Assembly: GCA_003971905.1 (NCBI GenBank)
Contig: RSEE01000021.1
Coordinates: 62,001-126,000, forward strand
Reading direction: 5' to 3'
DNA: 64,000 nucleotides
Source: Moniliella sp. 'wahieum'
Lineage: Eukaryota
The notes under the pieces are model-generated. The model did not search any database. It was not told the DNA's origin and saw only the letters and a list, made by a program, of their open reading frames with translations. The position numbers and the translations under genes are program-made. Below, piece after piece: positions 51,701 through 63,671 of this stretch. Position 1 is the stretch's first letter; every line of letters starts with the position of its first letter.

Positions 51701-53741
51701 GGGAACGATGACTACGGTGGCGATGGTGGCAACGGTGGAACGGTGGCGACGGTGGGGACCAAGCAAACAAGCACCAAGCTGGGGCGAAGCCCCAGTTGAC
51801 CCGGCCCTCTAGTGGACTCATTTTACAGGCTTCAGATGTAGCGTGGAAACCGAAGCTTGGTCCACTTTAATTACATTAAAGCACGGTTGTGCAACAGGTC
51901 ATGTGAGAGAGAGGCCAATATCGGGTTTAACAACTTTAAGAAGGGGCGCTAGACGCATCCAGAACCATCTCAGGAAACATCATCGCATCATCTCTCCTAT
52001 TATATAGTTAGGGCATATAAGAATGCAGTGTAGCTCACCCCATAACCAATACTATGATACCAAGGAGAGAAGTTCTTTCATGCTATGCCGGCCCTTTACG
52101 CCTCTCTTACTACCTCCCTTAAAATTAAGAAAGATACTGAGATATTATCGGTCTTCTCGTTCCTGCATATACGGTTGAAAAGCTGTTTCAACGCTCAATA
52201 ACATGCCCAAGATCCCGTTCAAGCTACATGTTCAAAACTTCAAATCCGAATGACTTCGTCAACGCACGTCAACATCATCTTTATCTGAGTGGACGAGGCT
52301 TTTGCGAGATGAGCGCGGCCACGAGTCACTAATGACTGAGTGCTGAGTTACTGAGTACTGAGAGAGTACTGAGTATACTGACCGTATTGACTGGGGAGTG
52401 TCCAGGCCTCTGGCTACTGAGTATCCTTGGGGTCTAACGGTTAAAGGGACTAAGTAGGGAGTTGGTCCCCGGCGGCTTTAAAACGACCGCGGAAGAGCGA
52501 AACGGGTCTCATTATCTCAGACAGTGCAGCTTTGTGCAGCCCGGAAATAGGGATTGGAGGGGATCGATGATTAATGATTAATGATTGATGTCGATGATAC
52601 TTCATGCATTCATCACGGGTGCATGATGCATGATACGTGATCACTGCATCATCGACTGGGGGTGTGAACGTGGGAAAAGGTCAGACCTGTCAGGGTTTCA
52701 CAGCCTGAGGTCAGGCGGTCGGGCCTCAGGCTCAGTCCCAGGTCTGAGCCTCAGGGGGAAAGCAAAGTGAGACCAGGAAAGAGGTAGGAGGCCATGGCGA
52801 GGCCGGTAAGGCCGGTAAGCCGGTAAGGCCTAAGGCCCCTAAGGCCTGAGGCACGCGGAGACGGACATTTGTGGGGAATGTTGACGGTGGCGACGTTGAT
52901 GCGTTGACGCTCTAAAACGTGTTACCGGTTACGGCGAGATAACGCGTAACGTTAAAAACCGGGATCATAACTCGATAACGCGTGACAACGCGTGCAACGG
53001 GTGAGCCGGTGAGTATTGGTATCGGTGAGTTCGGAGCACCCTGTATCGCAACGGGCTACGTATTGGCGTCGGTTTCAGAGGGTGCTTTCGGCGACTGCAC
53101 AGCCCAAGAGCAAAACATCAGCCAACAGCAGCCCACAATTTTGTGTCCCGCGTGTGGACCACAGCTGGTGGCTAGTGGGCCTAGGAGCCCGAATGCGATG
53201 AAGATGTGCCCACATACAGAATACCCGGCAGCGGGGGCGTAGCGTACCAGGGTGTGCCTGAGGCCTCTGGGCTTGATCAAATCCGCTGGTGCACTGATAC
53301 CTGTGAGGCCTGTTGCAACATACCAACGATGGTAGTCGATAGTCGCTACTCAATAACCGGTAACCGGTAACCCCGCTCCCACAGCCATTGCAGCCACAGC
53401 GAGCGCCGAGCGTGCTCAGCCGCTCAGCCTGAGCTGTTATTGATGCTCCGTCGTCCTTGCGTTTTGTGCATCTCCGAGAATTAGGCGTGCAAGTAAGGCC
53501 ACAAGCCTCAGGCCGCCACACTAACCTCCGTCCCCCTGGCCATTTATTCCCGTCAACCCTCCATCTCGCTCACGTTCCTTCCACGACCTTCTATCTCATC
53601 GCCTCGACTGTTCCCTCCACGGCACGCCCCCCCCTCCCTTGTGTGTTGAACACCCATACAACCAACACAGCACCGTCGTCTTACGTTGGCAGCTCCCAAT
53701 GCCCCCCCCCCCATCGGTCCGCATTTTCGCCATATCCTACA

Positions 53742-54705
53742 ATGCGTCCATCTCCGCCATCCCTGTGGGCCGCCTGTTCTGACGACCCCTCGCACGCCTA
53801 CCCTCCCATGTCGTCTCCACCCCTGTTGTCTCCACCACCCCAGGCAATGTACCGAACCAGCGTTCTGTGTCGCAGGAAGAGAGGGCGGCACAGCGACAGT
53901 TGGTCTACGTCCTCCGCTGTGCGCACTGCGACGCCTTCTTCACAAACCGCGGTATGCGGGCCGTTTTGCTCCTCAAGCCGCACGTCACCCTCTACAGCAC
54001 CGATGCGGTCCCTGAGGCATGTGTCGCGGTCTACCCTCCGGCACCCAACTTAGGGGATCCGGCCGATGTAGAAGCCAAAGATATCCACCGCTCATGTGAT
54101 TGCTTCACCCTGACTTTGGGATGCCGATGCGGCGCCCTTGTTGGCTACACAGTCATTCGGGCTTGCCGGAGGTGTAGCGAAAACGCATCGTCGCTCAATG
54201 GGTACGTCTCCTCTGTTTTCTCTTTGGATGCTGTGGGCTGACCGCGACTTTTTCTCTGGTTGTCATCGTACTCTTCTTCGTTGGTATAGGCATCGAACTG
54301 TCTTTCACTACGGCGAGGTGCGCGCCCATGCGCGACGCTACATTCCCGGCGAGCGGGGATACGATCCTTGAGTGTACCGCCTCTCTTGACGCAATTACTG
54401 TCGGAACAGAGACTCGTCGAGGATAACTTGCGTTTGCTTTCCACAACACCCTCTCTTCCTATACGCCCAGAGCAAATGGCTTGAGCAAAATTCACACGCA
54501 GGCCCTCATTCACCGCTCCAATGCCCTACAGCAAGAGTTATTCCTCGTTTACACCGACCTGCGAGAGGAGTAGTACCTGTCGGGGGCACGCATGATTCTA
54601 TCGGGCGAGCTGGTGTTTTGGTCTGACTTGCTCAGTCTGGGGGGCGAGCGTAGCGAGCCATTTGATCCTGAGCCGCTCTTCGAAAGCCAGTTGGATTTGC
54701 AGTAA
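53742..54705 (+). CDS. FAM72-domain protein (Cys-rich)
   Basis: VYVLRCAHCDAFFTNRGMRAVLLLKPHVTLYSTD, SCDC..LGCRCGALVGYTVIRACRRC, NG|HRTVFH match the FAM72 pattern (RGMKAVLL, STD, CG..VGYHV..PC, NGH..MFH). Intron at about 54202-54289; start uncertain (53742 or 53808). Confidence 0.8.
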
Positions 54706-55899
54706 CTATACCTGCGTTTTTTTCTCCCTCTCCGTTTTTTTGCCACATATTCCCTGTTTTGGTCATCCGCGTCTCCACCGTCCCATCAACAAGCATGCGG
54801 TTCTTTCAAGACTATCGCATCTCCTGTGATCCCCTAAACATCATTTCAACATCCCCCCATATCCTCCGCACGGGATATATGCTCCCTTTTCTGTTGTTCT
54901 GTCATCCTTCCCTCTCCTCTCTTTGATCAACGGTTGTCAGAGTGCGTAGACCGTCCTTTTGGACAAATTTCCCTCTGCAACTCTCATCACCCCCCCCCCC
55001 CCCCCCACTTGGCATATATAGCCACTCGCTCAACTTTTTTTTTCGAGGCCAACATGTTGGTGGCGGGACTTTCAATTCCGGGCGGTCTCTTCGGCGTAAT
55101 CCGACATTTCCCACTGCGAGGTGTGGTTCCATCCTTGATATCCATAGGAAGAATGTGTCCGATGTATCGCTAGTAGTATATTCCCTACAAAACACACCGT
55201 TACACTGGTGGTTAGTAGATAGGCTCCCGCCGCAGTGGGATGGGCAAAGAGAAAACCCCCAAGGGTGTGGCTGCCCTTCGCATTTTGTGCGGTCAGACCC
55301 TGAATCCTGTCATGAATCCAGAACGGCAGGGAACGTTCCTTCAGTCACCAGTCGCAACAGACCACAAGACTCATCGTGAACACGAGTGTTCACGAGATCA
55401 TGCAACAACATGTGAGAGGGGGTGGGTATATGTAGTGTTCGAGACAGAAAACCACCCCACGGATACATGTTTGCTGTCGTGATTGAAATTGAGACGATAT
55501 ATTGAGGCGAGTAATAGAAGTGGAAGTGTTGCAACTTTCATCGAGGCGGGGTGCTGGAATGGGTTGGAGGGTTGGATGGATTGTGCGCTTTTTTGATGCT
55601 GACATCGGCGTCTTTGCTCCGAGCGAAACGCGGGGAGCCGGTTGGCACGTCGGTGGGTGCTCCTTCGGGCGGCGGCCCCCCATCAGGCTGAGGCTCCAGA
55701 CTGAGGACGCTCTGTGAGGTGCTGAGGGGAGGCCTCAAGTTGAGGCCTCCGTTAGCTCCGCGTTAATACGTCTGCGTGCCCCTCGCCACCCACGTCGCTG
55801 GCCCGTGCGGCACTACACTCTGCCCAGGGGCCTCCCCAACATCAGGTGCTCCGATGTGATCGACTATATAGAGCCCCATGTGTTCGCTGTCGCGCACAT

Positions 55900-57495
55900 G
55901 TGCTCTCAGCAAAACTACTACTACCGCCATGCCTTCGAGCCACCGTCACTGCGGCCAGCAGGGCCGCCATGGCCGACCTGTGCCGGCATTCAGACGATTG
56001 AACCATTCACCCCGCCATCAATAACACTGCCATCGTTACCGACCTACATGCCCGGATTAGAGCCCTTACCCGCTCTCATCCGGTCCAGGGCAGGCAGGAT
56101 ACGCCCTGGGGTGTCTGCCTGACGATATGGAGCCGGGGGCAGCGCATGTTCACCCCGAAGTGATGAATCCACTGGACCGCTGGCAGCCTCGACTTGGATG
56201 ACTTTCAAGCCCGCGTGGGGAGCTTTGACCACTTTATCGCCACCATTGATTGGTGCCGTCCCACTTTATCCACCAACGCTCTTCCGTCCCAACGCCATTC
56301 CTCTCGTGCTGCTGCACGGATGGCCCGGGTAGTGTATGGGAGTTTCCGAAGGATCCGTGCCTTAGCGGAGCCCGGTAGGTGTCGTCTTGTGGGGTTTATC
56401 TGTGAGAGAGAAGAGCTGACTGTACGTGCTGGATTTTGCTTCCCCCTGTCTGCATATAGAATCAGAAGACGCACCAGCGTTCCATGTTGTGGTGCCTTCG
56501 CTGCCGGATAACTTGTGGAGCTCGCCCCCTCCTCGGCGGCGCATACATTGGAGACGTGCATGGCTACTGCCGTATCATCAATGCTTTGATGATCGGGTTA
56601 GGGTATGGGCCCAACACAGGCCAAGCGGACCAAGCTGCCACGAAAAACCCTGGTCGGGGTATGCAGTGCAGGGGGGCGACTGGGGGTCCGTGCATGCGCG
56701 TGTGCTAGCTTGCATTCCATGGTTCTGGGGTGCGTGCGGTAAATCTCAACTTTGTCTGCGCCTCCTTCTAGTGGGAGGACAAGCTGGGTTCATGTTTCTC
56801 CAATCTTCCCTCTGCTTGGCAACTTTCGCTGCACAACGCTTTGCTTCGCCTGGGTGGCCACGATGTTCAAACAGGTACGCTTGTTGCCGGTGCCAAACAC
56901 CGTGCGTGAACTGAAGCATACTAACTTGCTTCTATTAGCTGCAAGTGTACGACAAGAGTGGTGTGTACAACCGAATGCAAGGCAACCGCCCGGCGGAAGT
57001 GATGTACGGTTTAATCGATTCGCCAGTGGGATGCTGGGTTATGTTGGACCGCTGATCGCTACCTGGGTCGAGGCCAATCCGACCACGAGTGGAACGAAGA
57101 AGGGGGGCATGACCCTCGATAAGTTACTGGAGCTGGTGACGTTGTACTGGGTGACGGGGTGTATTGGACATCTTCCTACCCTATGCTCTCAACGGCCTTT
57201 TGCTTCTTACGTTGCCCATCCCGATATGTACATTCATCAAACCGTTTGGATACTCTCAGTTCCCATTCGAGATCCAATCGGTTCCGGTGAGCTGGGTCCA
57301 AGCCAGTGGCGACCTTTTTGGGCAGTCGAGGCCGACCAAGCCGGTCATTCCCCTCTCTCGAGGCTCCCTGGCTTTTCTCGCTCACCTCCGTCAAGCCTCT
57401 CCCCGGGTGGGACTGTGGTTCCGACCAGTGCAGCCGGGCGCCCACTTGTACCTCCCAAGGGACTGTGGGATAAAGAACGTGCCCGAGTGCAGTAA
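55900..57495 (+). CDS. Epoxide hydrolase (microsomal/EHN type, alpha/beta hydrolase); heavily disrupted, possibly a pseudogene
   Basis: IEPF, FDHFIATID, LLHGWPGS, AFHVVVPSLPG, LMIGLGY, YAVQGGDWGS, TLYWVTGCIG, PFGYSQFPFEI, GH(F); boundaries approximate. Confidence 0.8.
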
Positions 57496-58032
57496 GCCCC
57501 ACCCCATGCCTGAATTGGATTATGCGCGGCCATCTTCAAGATATATGAGACCTTGTGTATCACATTCAGTCCTTACACGAGCAATGAAAATGTTACAATG
57601 AGTACACCGTCTTGGTTTGCTAGCATCCGTAGCCGTAGCCGGACATGCTAGACGCGCGTATACAGTTTCTCCGATCGGACCAGTACTCTATCACCACATA
57701 CATGTGGAGCAAGCGCAATTCGAAAACACGGCATGAGTGCACCCGCTCTCTGGATTGCGAGGCAAAAAATCCGTCGTGGGGGCCTTTATTTCGTCGGACT
57801 TTCCGTCGTCGGCATTCATCCCGAGTGACCCTCATGAGGGTACAGGCAACTGAACTGGCGGCACGGGCGACGGGAAGCGTGCCTCCGTGGTCCTCTAGTG
57901 GCCCACACGTCCTCCCCTTCTGGTCGCCTCCGCCGTCACAGGTGGAGAGGCAAGCACATGTTCGTCGTCCGTCGTAGCCGAAGCACTGTTGGCCCGGGGT
58001 GACGAAGAAGAGACGCGGGGGTTGCCAGGGCG

Positions 58033-59063
58033 TTAAACCTGCCCGTTGGGAGGATGGCTAGCAGGAGCCACGGCTTCTGAATTGGGCTCTAGCTCTGGCC
58101 ATACATCCGACCCCCGAGAAAGAGGGAGGGCAAGAAAGTCGGTGAGTGGGTCAGGGGACGTGCCCCACCCCGGCCCGGGGACAGGGAGGTCGGCAGCGGC
58201 AGGAAGGGAGAACGGGAGATAGGGACGGGCAAAGATAGACACGGGCATGGGCAGAGACATCGGCAGAGACAGTGGGAGAGACAGGCGCGGGGATGGGGAC
58301 GGTGCATTTGCTCTTCTTCTTCTTTCACTACTCGTCTCCGTTTGGCCAAGGGATCGTCTTCGTGGTAGCTGGAGGTCCGCGCCGGACTGGTCCGGCTTCG
58401 CTTCATTGGCCGGCTTGGGAGGTTGAGGTGGGAAAATGTGAGGGGAGGAGAGGGGTTGATGGTGGAGGCGCCCATTGGGGGTTGGGCCGACTGAAGGGTT
58501 AGGTGGTGCAGTGCGTTGTGGCCGTTGGAATCGGCGCTGTGGGGACTCCAATGTGCAGTGCTCCCTCGGTCTCGGTGGGGGCAAAGACATAGCGTTCGAG
58601 CTGGGCGCGGAGGTGCGGGTGAGCACCCAAAAACCCGCCCGCGCCCGTTGCGGCCACATGGACACTGGTCACGCCCAGCATGACGCGCAATTTGGCGTTT
58701 TCCAGCATGAGCTGGCGCAGCAACCAACGCAGCCGGTCCAACTGCGCCGTCGGAGGCGAGGACAGTAGTTCTACCCGGCATTCGAGTGCACGGATGTATT
58801 CCTGTTTTCGTTGACGGAACTCGCGCTGGGCCACACGTGTTCTGCGCCTTGCGCAACGCTGATGCGTCCAGCCCGACGGGCTGGGCGGGCTCGACGAGTG
58901 CTTCGAGCGAGGGGTCGATAAGCATCGACGGATCGCACTCGGACAGCAGGCTGTGGGGTTGCCGACGAGGGTGTGGGTGTGGACTGGTGGGTGCGGCTGC
59001 GGGGAGAGGATGGGGGGGGGTGGTCGTGTCAAGGAAGGAAACAGGGAGAGGAGCCTAATACAT
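58033..59063 (-). CDS. bZIP transcription factor, Yap/AP-1-like
   Basis: LRKAQN(R)VAQREFRQRKQEYIRALECRVELL...LRWLLRQLMLENAKLR after one indel; Pro-rich tail; boundaries uncertain. Confidence 0.8.
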
Positions 59064-61397
59064 GGCCGAGAGAGGAGAGGGCGGAGGCAAAGAAGGGGAA
59101 GTGGTAGTCAAATAGTTCTTGCCCCGCCGGCTGGCCCGAGGCCTGAGGCCTGAGGATAGCCTCTCCTGAGGCCTGAGGGCGCGTGGTGTATAGTGTTGCA
59201 AAGCGGAGGGGACGCGTGACGCGGACGCGTGGACGGCGTGAGGCGCAGCCCTCAGTGCACGATGCCACCGCACGGGGGCAGTGCTGCTGCAGCCCGTGCC
59301 GGCTGCCTGCGACCGAACGACGAGGCGGCACTGCACCACACTGAAAACATCACAGCCATCACCGGGCTCACTGCATCAGCCAGCCGGATGACCTGCTCGG
59401 CCTGCATAATCCGTCGCAACAGTGCCTCTCCAGCGGCCATAAGCTCCAAACGAACAGTCAGAGCCACCAACAACCTACGATTGACGCTGTGGCCGGGTCA
59501 TATCGCATCGCCTGTCCCGCCCATCCAAGCCGGCCCGGCCGCGGCACGCTGTGATGTGGCTGATAGACCCTCTTCAAGCTTGAAGCTTCATCCATTTTAG
59601 TTGTCCTTCCAGTGGGATGCATCATCATCAAGCTGACTTAAGCTTCAAGTCCTTCTCTGTTCACCTATTCGGCCTCGATCTCCAGCGTTTTGACCTGCGT
59701 GTTCGCCATCCGGAAACCCATCAACGTCATCAACATGAGTCACGTGTCAGGGGGGACTAGTCAGCCTCAGCGCTCAGCTACAGCGCTGAGACATTCCGCG
59801 CCAATGAGCTCGATGAGCGCGGGCGCTGAGCTGAGGCCAACGTTCTGGTTCACCCAATACTTGTTCTCATTTCCACAGCCCCACCCTGCCCCACCCCATA
59901 TTTGGAGAGTGATGCAGATGGCGGGGGTCTTTTCATCTGCCTTCCTCCTCTGCCCCATCTCCACCGGTATCTCGGATCACCCAACGGTTCTTCATCCATA
60001 TTCACACTGTCGCCGCTTTTCGCGCTTTGCCACCCTTTTGTTCCCATTCTCGCCCACCCCGCCTGCACAGCTCTAGAACCAACATTACGCCCACCATCCG
60101 CCTCCTGAGGAAGTAAGTGTCTGTGTTCATGTCAGAATAGTCCGAGATAATGCACTTCTCAGGCCGTCAGGACTCACTTGAGGCCTCAGCCTGAGGCCTC
60201 AGTTGGGGCATCGCTTCGGTATGCTGTGGTCTATCAGACCCTATATGTTCTGCCCCTACGTGCTCTTTCCCATCATTATCTCCTCTCTTTCACAGAAACC
60301 TCTCTCATCGAACTCATTTCTGTCATCATACGTAGGAGTCTCAATAGGCACACGACCAAGATCGCACGATCTGGAGGTGTGGAAAACGCTCAGAGTACCA
60401 GTCCCAAAAAAGCCAAGGCCCACCCGTTCATCCTTTCCACCACCTGTATGACAAAAAGCAGAAGCCACCTATAATAAAGTAGGTACCCGCTAGTAGGAGA
60501 AGTTATCCATATCGTTTTCGGAACTTTTTCTGTCGGATGCACCGGAAAACTGAGCACATCCGCTTTTGTCTTGCTGTTATAAAGCAATGCTAAACCTCCC
60601 CCCCCCAAACACCATCGTAACCACCAACATCGTAACCACCGTGACGTTCTCATCGTACACGAGACGGTGCACCATCTGGTATACACCACAAAAATCGCCT
60701 GCTGTGCTGCCCACTGAGCATAGATATATATACAAAAAAGGGGGGGTATAAGGGATCAAGCGAGAAGAGAAGGGCGAAAAAATATGTCAAGGAGACAGAG
60801 CGGGTGAGAACCAAAGGCAGAGGATGGACACGGTGATGGTTAGGATTCTTATATTGACACAGCGTGCAAGCAAGTCAGAAGCGGGGGCCCGATCCGGGGC
60901 TGGCTCAGTCTCAACCACCTGTGTGTGACCACTGTTGTGCTATAAGTGGAGGTCTTCGTGACGCAAGTAACGATGACCAGGCGGTCGTTGTTGTTAACGG
61001 TTGCAACCATGCCATGCGTACGAATGCACCAGATCGATCTGATGGGTGGTCCACACACTTGGTCCACGAGCCGGGGGATATGGTGTGTGGAAGCAAATGC
61101 CGTATATATATGCCTGTGTGCTTATACAGGCTACCCGTGAGCCTGCAAGCTGCAGGCCGCAGCACGTGACGTTGTGCTTTGGCGGAGCCCTTACGTCAGG
61201 CAAATGTGGCGCAAATCAGCTGCGCCGCCCTTTTTATTGTGGGGCTGAGTCTGAGCGCGCGGACAAGCTCGCTCATGAGCATAGTGGGCTTCTATGGGGG
61301 GCGCTGGGTGAGGGGGGGGGGCAGGGGCAGGCCATGCGCCCCATCCTTCTTCTCGTTCTCCCTTGTCCACCACGCGCATTCCCCTCCCCTCCCCCCC

Positions 61398-63671
61398 ATG
61401 GCACCGCCATCTCCCTCACCAGCAGCGTCGGCGCTGGAGAGCTCCACCCAGGACGCTCGCACTCCGCCGTCGACCACGGTCTCCACTCAGCCCCCCTCGC
61501 GCGGGCGGAGAAAACGACCTCCCACCATGCCCCTTCCTCAGCTCCAGCCACCCCCGCCACACTTCCGCGTACCCAGCTCGCAGCCTCCATGGTGGGTATC
61601 CTGTTGGGACCGTCACTCGTCGACGATCAAGATGCTTCGCAACGAAGCCAAGGTGCTAGGGGTGATGCGTCCGCGTCCAGCTCCCCCTCAAACCGATCAC
61701 AAATTGCCCTTGCGGAAGCTCATCATTCCGTCCCGTCCCCATGCTTGCGCCCCCACGAAGGCCTGCCCTCCCCTTCATATCTGTCTGCTCCCCTCCACGG
61801 AGGTAGCGCCGCGAGAGGGGACGCCGGGTGCTGGCCAAGCCACTCCAACTTGGTACAAAATCTCACCTTGCTTGCCGAGCAGAGTCATTCTCGCCCCAAG
61901 GTCACCCTCGTTCGTGGCGAGGTATGATGTACAACGAGGCCCGGCCCAACCTGGCCAGTGAACCATTGCATGAATAGTCAGGCGGCTCCGAGGACGAAGG
62001 ACAGGAGAACAAGCCGCTCGCTTTGCCGGAGGAGCTTCCCTATATCGCTCGTACTCGGAACGCCCTGCGTCCCCAACAACCGCCCGCCCCTTCTTCTCCT
62101 TGGCTCCGACTACGGCAGCGGCTTGGCTCCTTTTCAGGTTCGGCCTATACCGCTGAACCAGAACAAGAGCCCGAATCCACCAGTTACGCTGGCGCTGGGT
62201 GGTGCCGGCAGCGTCTAGACTCCAATGCAAGCACTTATACTGGTTCCGGGTGGGGTCGAAACCGAATGAATTCCAACGCAAGCACCTATGCTGGATCCGG
62301 GTGGGGTCGACACCGACTGGATTCCAACGCAAGCACCCCTAAGCTGGATCCGGATGGCTTCGTCAGCGGTTAGGATCAACAACGGGAAGCGAGCGGGGCT
62401 ACGCAAGGGAAGGGTGGAGTACACCTCCGCCAGCGCAACGCCGTGCCATTTCCGAAGTATCTCACCCTCTCCCGCAAACACCCGGCGGAGGCACGCGCTC
62501 CCCAACTAGCTCCTCCGGCTTTGGTCGACACTCGTCACGTCAAGCCACCCTCCCCCTCTCAGGGGCGCCGGGGTTTAATCCGTTGCGGCAGGATCGGATG
62601 TTTGGCGGTACAGCTGCCATCGGATGGTCTGCAGAGGAGCTGGCTCGAGCGGGTGAGCGCAAACGCGGGATCCCGGTCAAACTGGTCGGCCGTACTTCCG
62701 ATGAGGATGCTGCGTCGAGCAGCTCGTCCCAGCCTGCCTCGAATGGCGCCGTGAGCCCCTGGCTGGCATCTCATCTGCAGTCCCACTTGCCTGCCCGTCT
62801 TCGTTCGGGAGATGAGTGGGAGCTGGTGTACAGCTTAGAACAACATGGGGTCAGCCTCAAAACGCTTTACGCACTAACAGCGCAGTTTTTCAGTCCGTTG
62901 AATGACCCTGACACGTCAGAACGCACCCAAGGACCATTTGCGCTGCTAGAACAAGAGTTGGACGCCCGTACCGCAACTACCAAGCCCCCGATTGCTTCCC
63001 CCTACCGATCTCCTACCTATCCCTACCACCGTCGTCCCTCCACCTCTAGCTCTTTGCGCAAGTCAAGTGCTCCAGATCCGATCCGCCTCGGTGCTACTTA
63101 CCGCACTGGCCCAGCCAGCCTCCCCCCGCACCCACCCTTTCCCCTTCACCCCGTCGTCGTCCTCACCACCTCGGTGCGACCCTGAGCCACCGGGATGCCG
63201 GCCTCGTCCTTGCTGTACGTGACACGGAGAACCACGTGTTTGGTGCGTTCGTACATTCCCACCTTCGCATCCAATCCAAATACTATGGATCGGGATCGAG
63301 CTTCCTATGGAAAGTGGCGCCCAAAGCTAAGGCCGAGTCAGACTTGGGTTCTGATGAGTCGGAGGAAGAAGAAAGATGCGGAAGGCACCCTGTTCGTTTA
63401 CCCTTGGACGGCCAAAAATGATTTTATCGTCTTGTCTGAAGCCCACTTTCTCAGTATGGGCTTTGGCGCACCACCGGGCAGCCAAGGCGGGTATGGCCTG
63501 TGGCTTGACGAGGAGTTCAAGCGCGGTTCGTCTGCTCGGTGCGCCACGTTTGATAACGACGTACTTTGTTCCTCTCGCGTACCCACTTTGCCCTCCCAGC
63601 CAGGCGGGAAAGAGGAGGAGTATTTCGAGTGCTTGCAAGTTGAGCTCTGGGCCGTGGGGCTCACATCTTGA
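61398..63671 (+). CDS. OXR1: Oxidation resistance protein 1 (TLDc domain) with a long disordered N-terminus
   Basis: LQSHLPARLR..WELVYSLEQHGVSLKTLY, VFGAF, YYGSGSSFLWK, VYPWTAKNDF, FLSMG, YGLWLDEEFKRGSSARCATFDNDVLC, FECLQVELWAVG. Confidence 0.9.
62185..62380 (+). repeat. 51-bp (17-aa) coding tandem repeat, about 4 copies, in the OXR1 N-terminal region
   Basis: YAGAGWCRQRLDSNAST / YTGSGWGRNRMNSNAST / YAGSGWGRHRLDSNAST / (indel) AGSGWLRQRLGS. Confidence 0.9.

Noticed and set aside
46700..53700. Mating-type locus (pheromone precursors or homeodomain pair)
   Set aside because: No short ORF with a convincing CAAX end, no WF.N.R homeodomain helix and no STE3-like receptor seen.
54900..55200. Possible Pol III or snRNA gene near the C16 and T9 runs
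   Set aside because: No tRNA cloverleaf and no U1/U2/U5/U6 signature could be matched.
59690..61200. Short ORFs between the bZIP and OXR1 genes
   Set aside because: No coding bias or recognisable motif; treated as divergent promoter or intergenic DNA.
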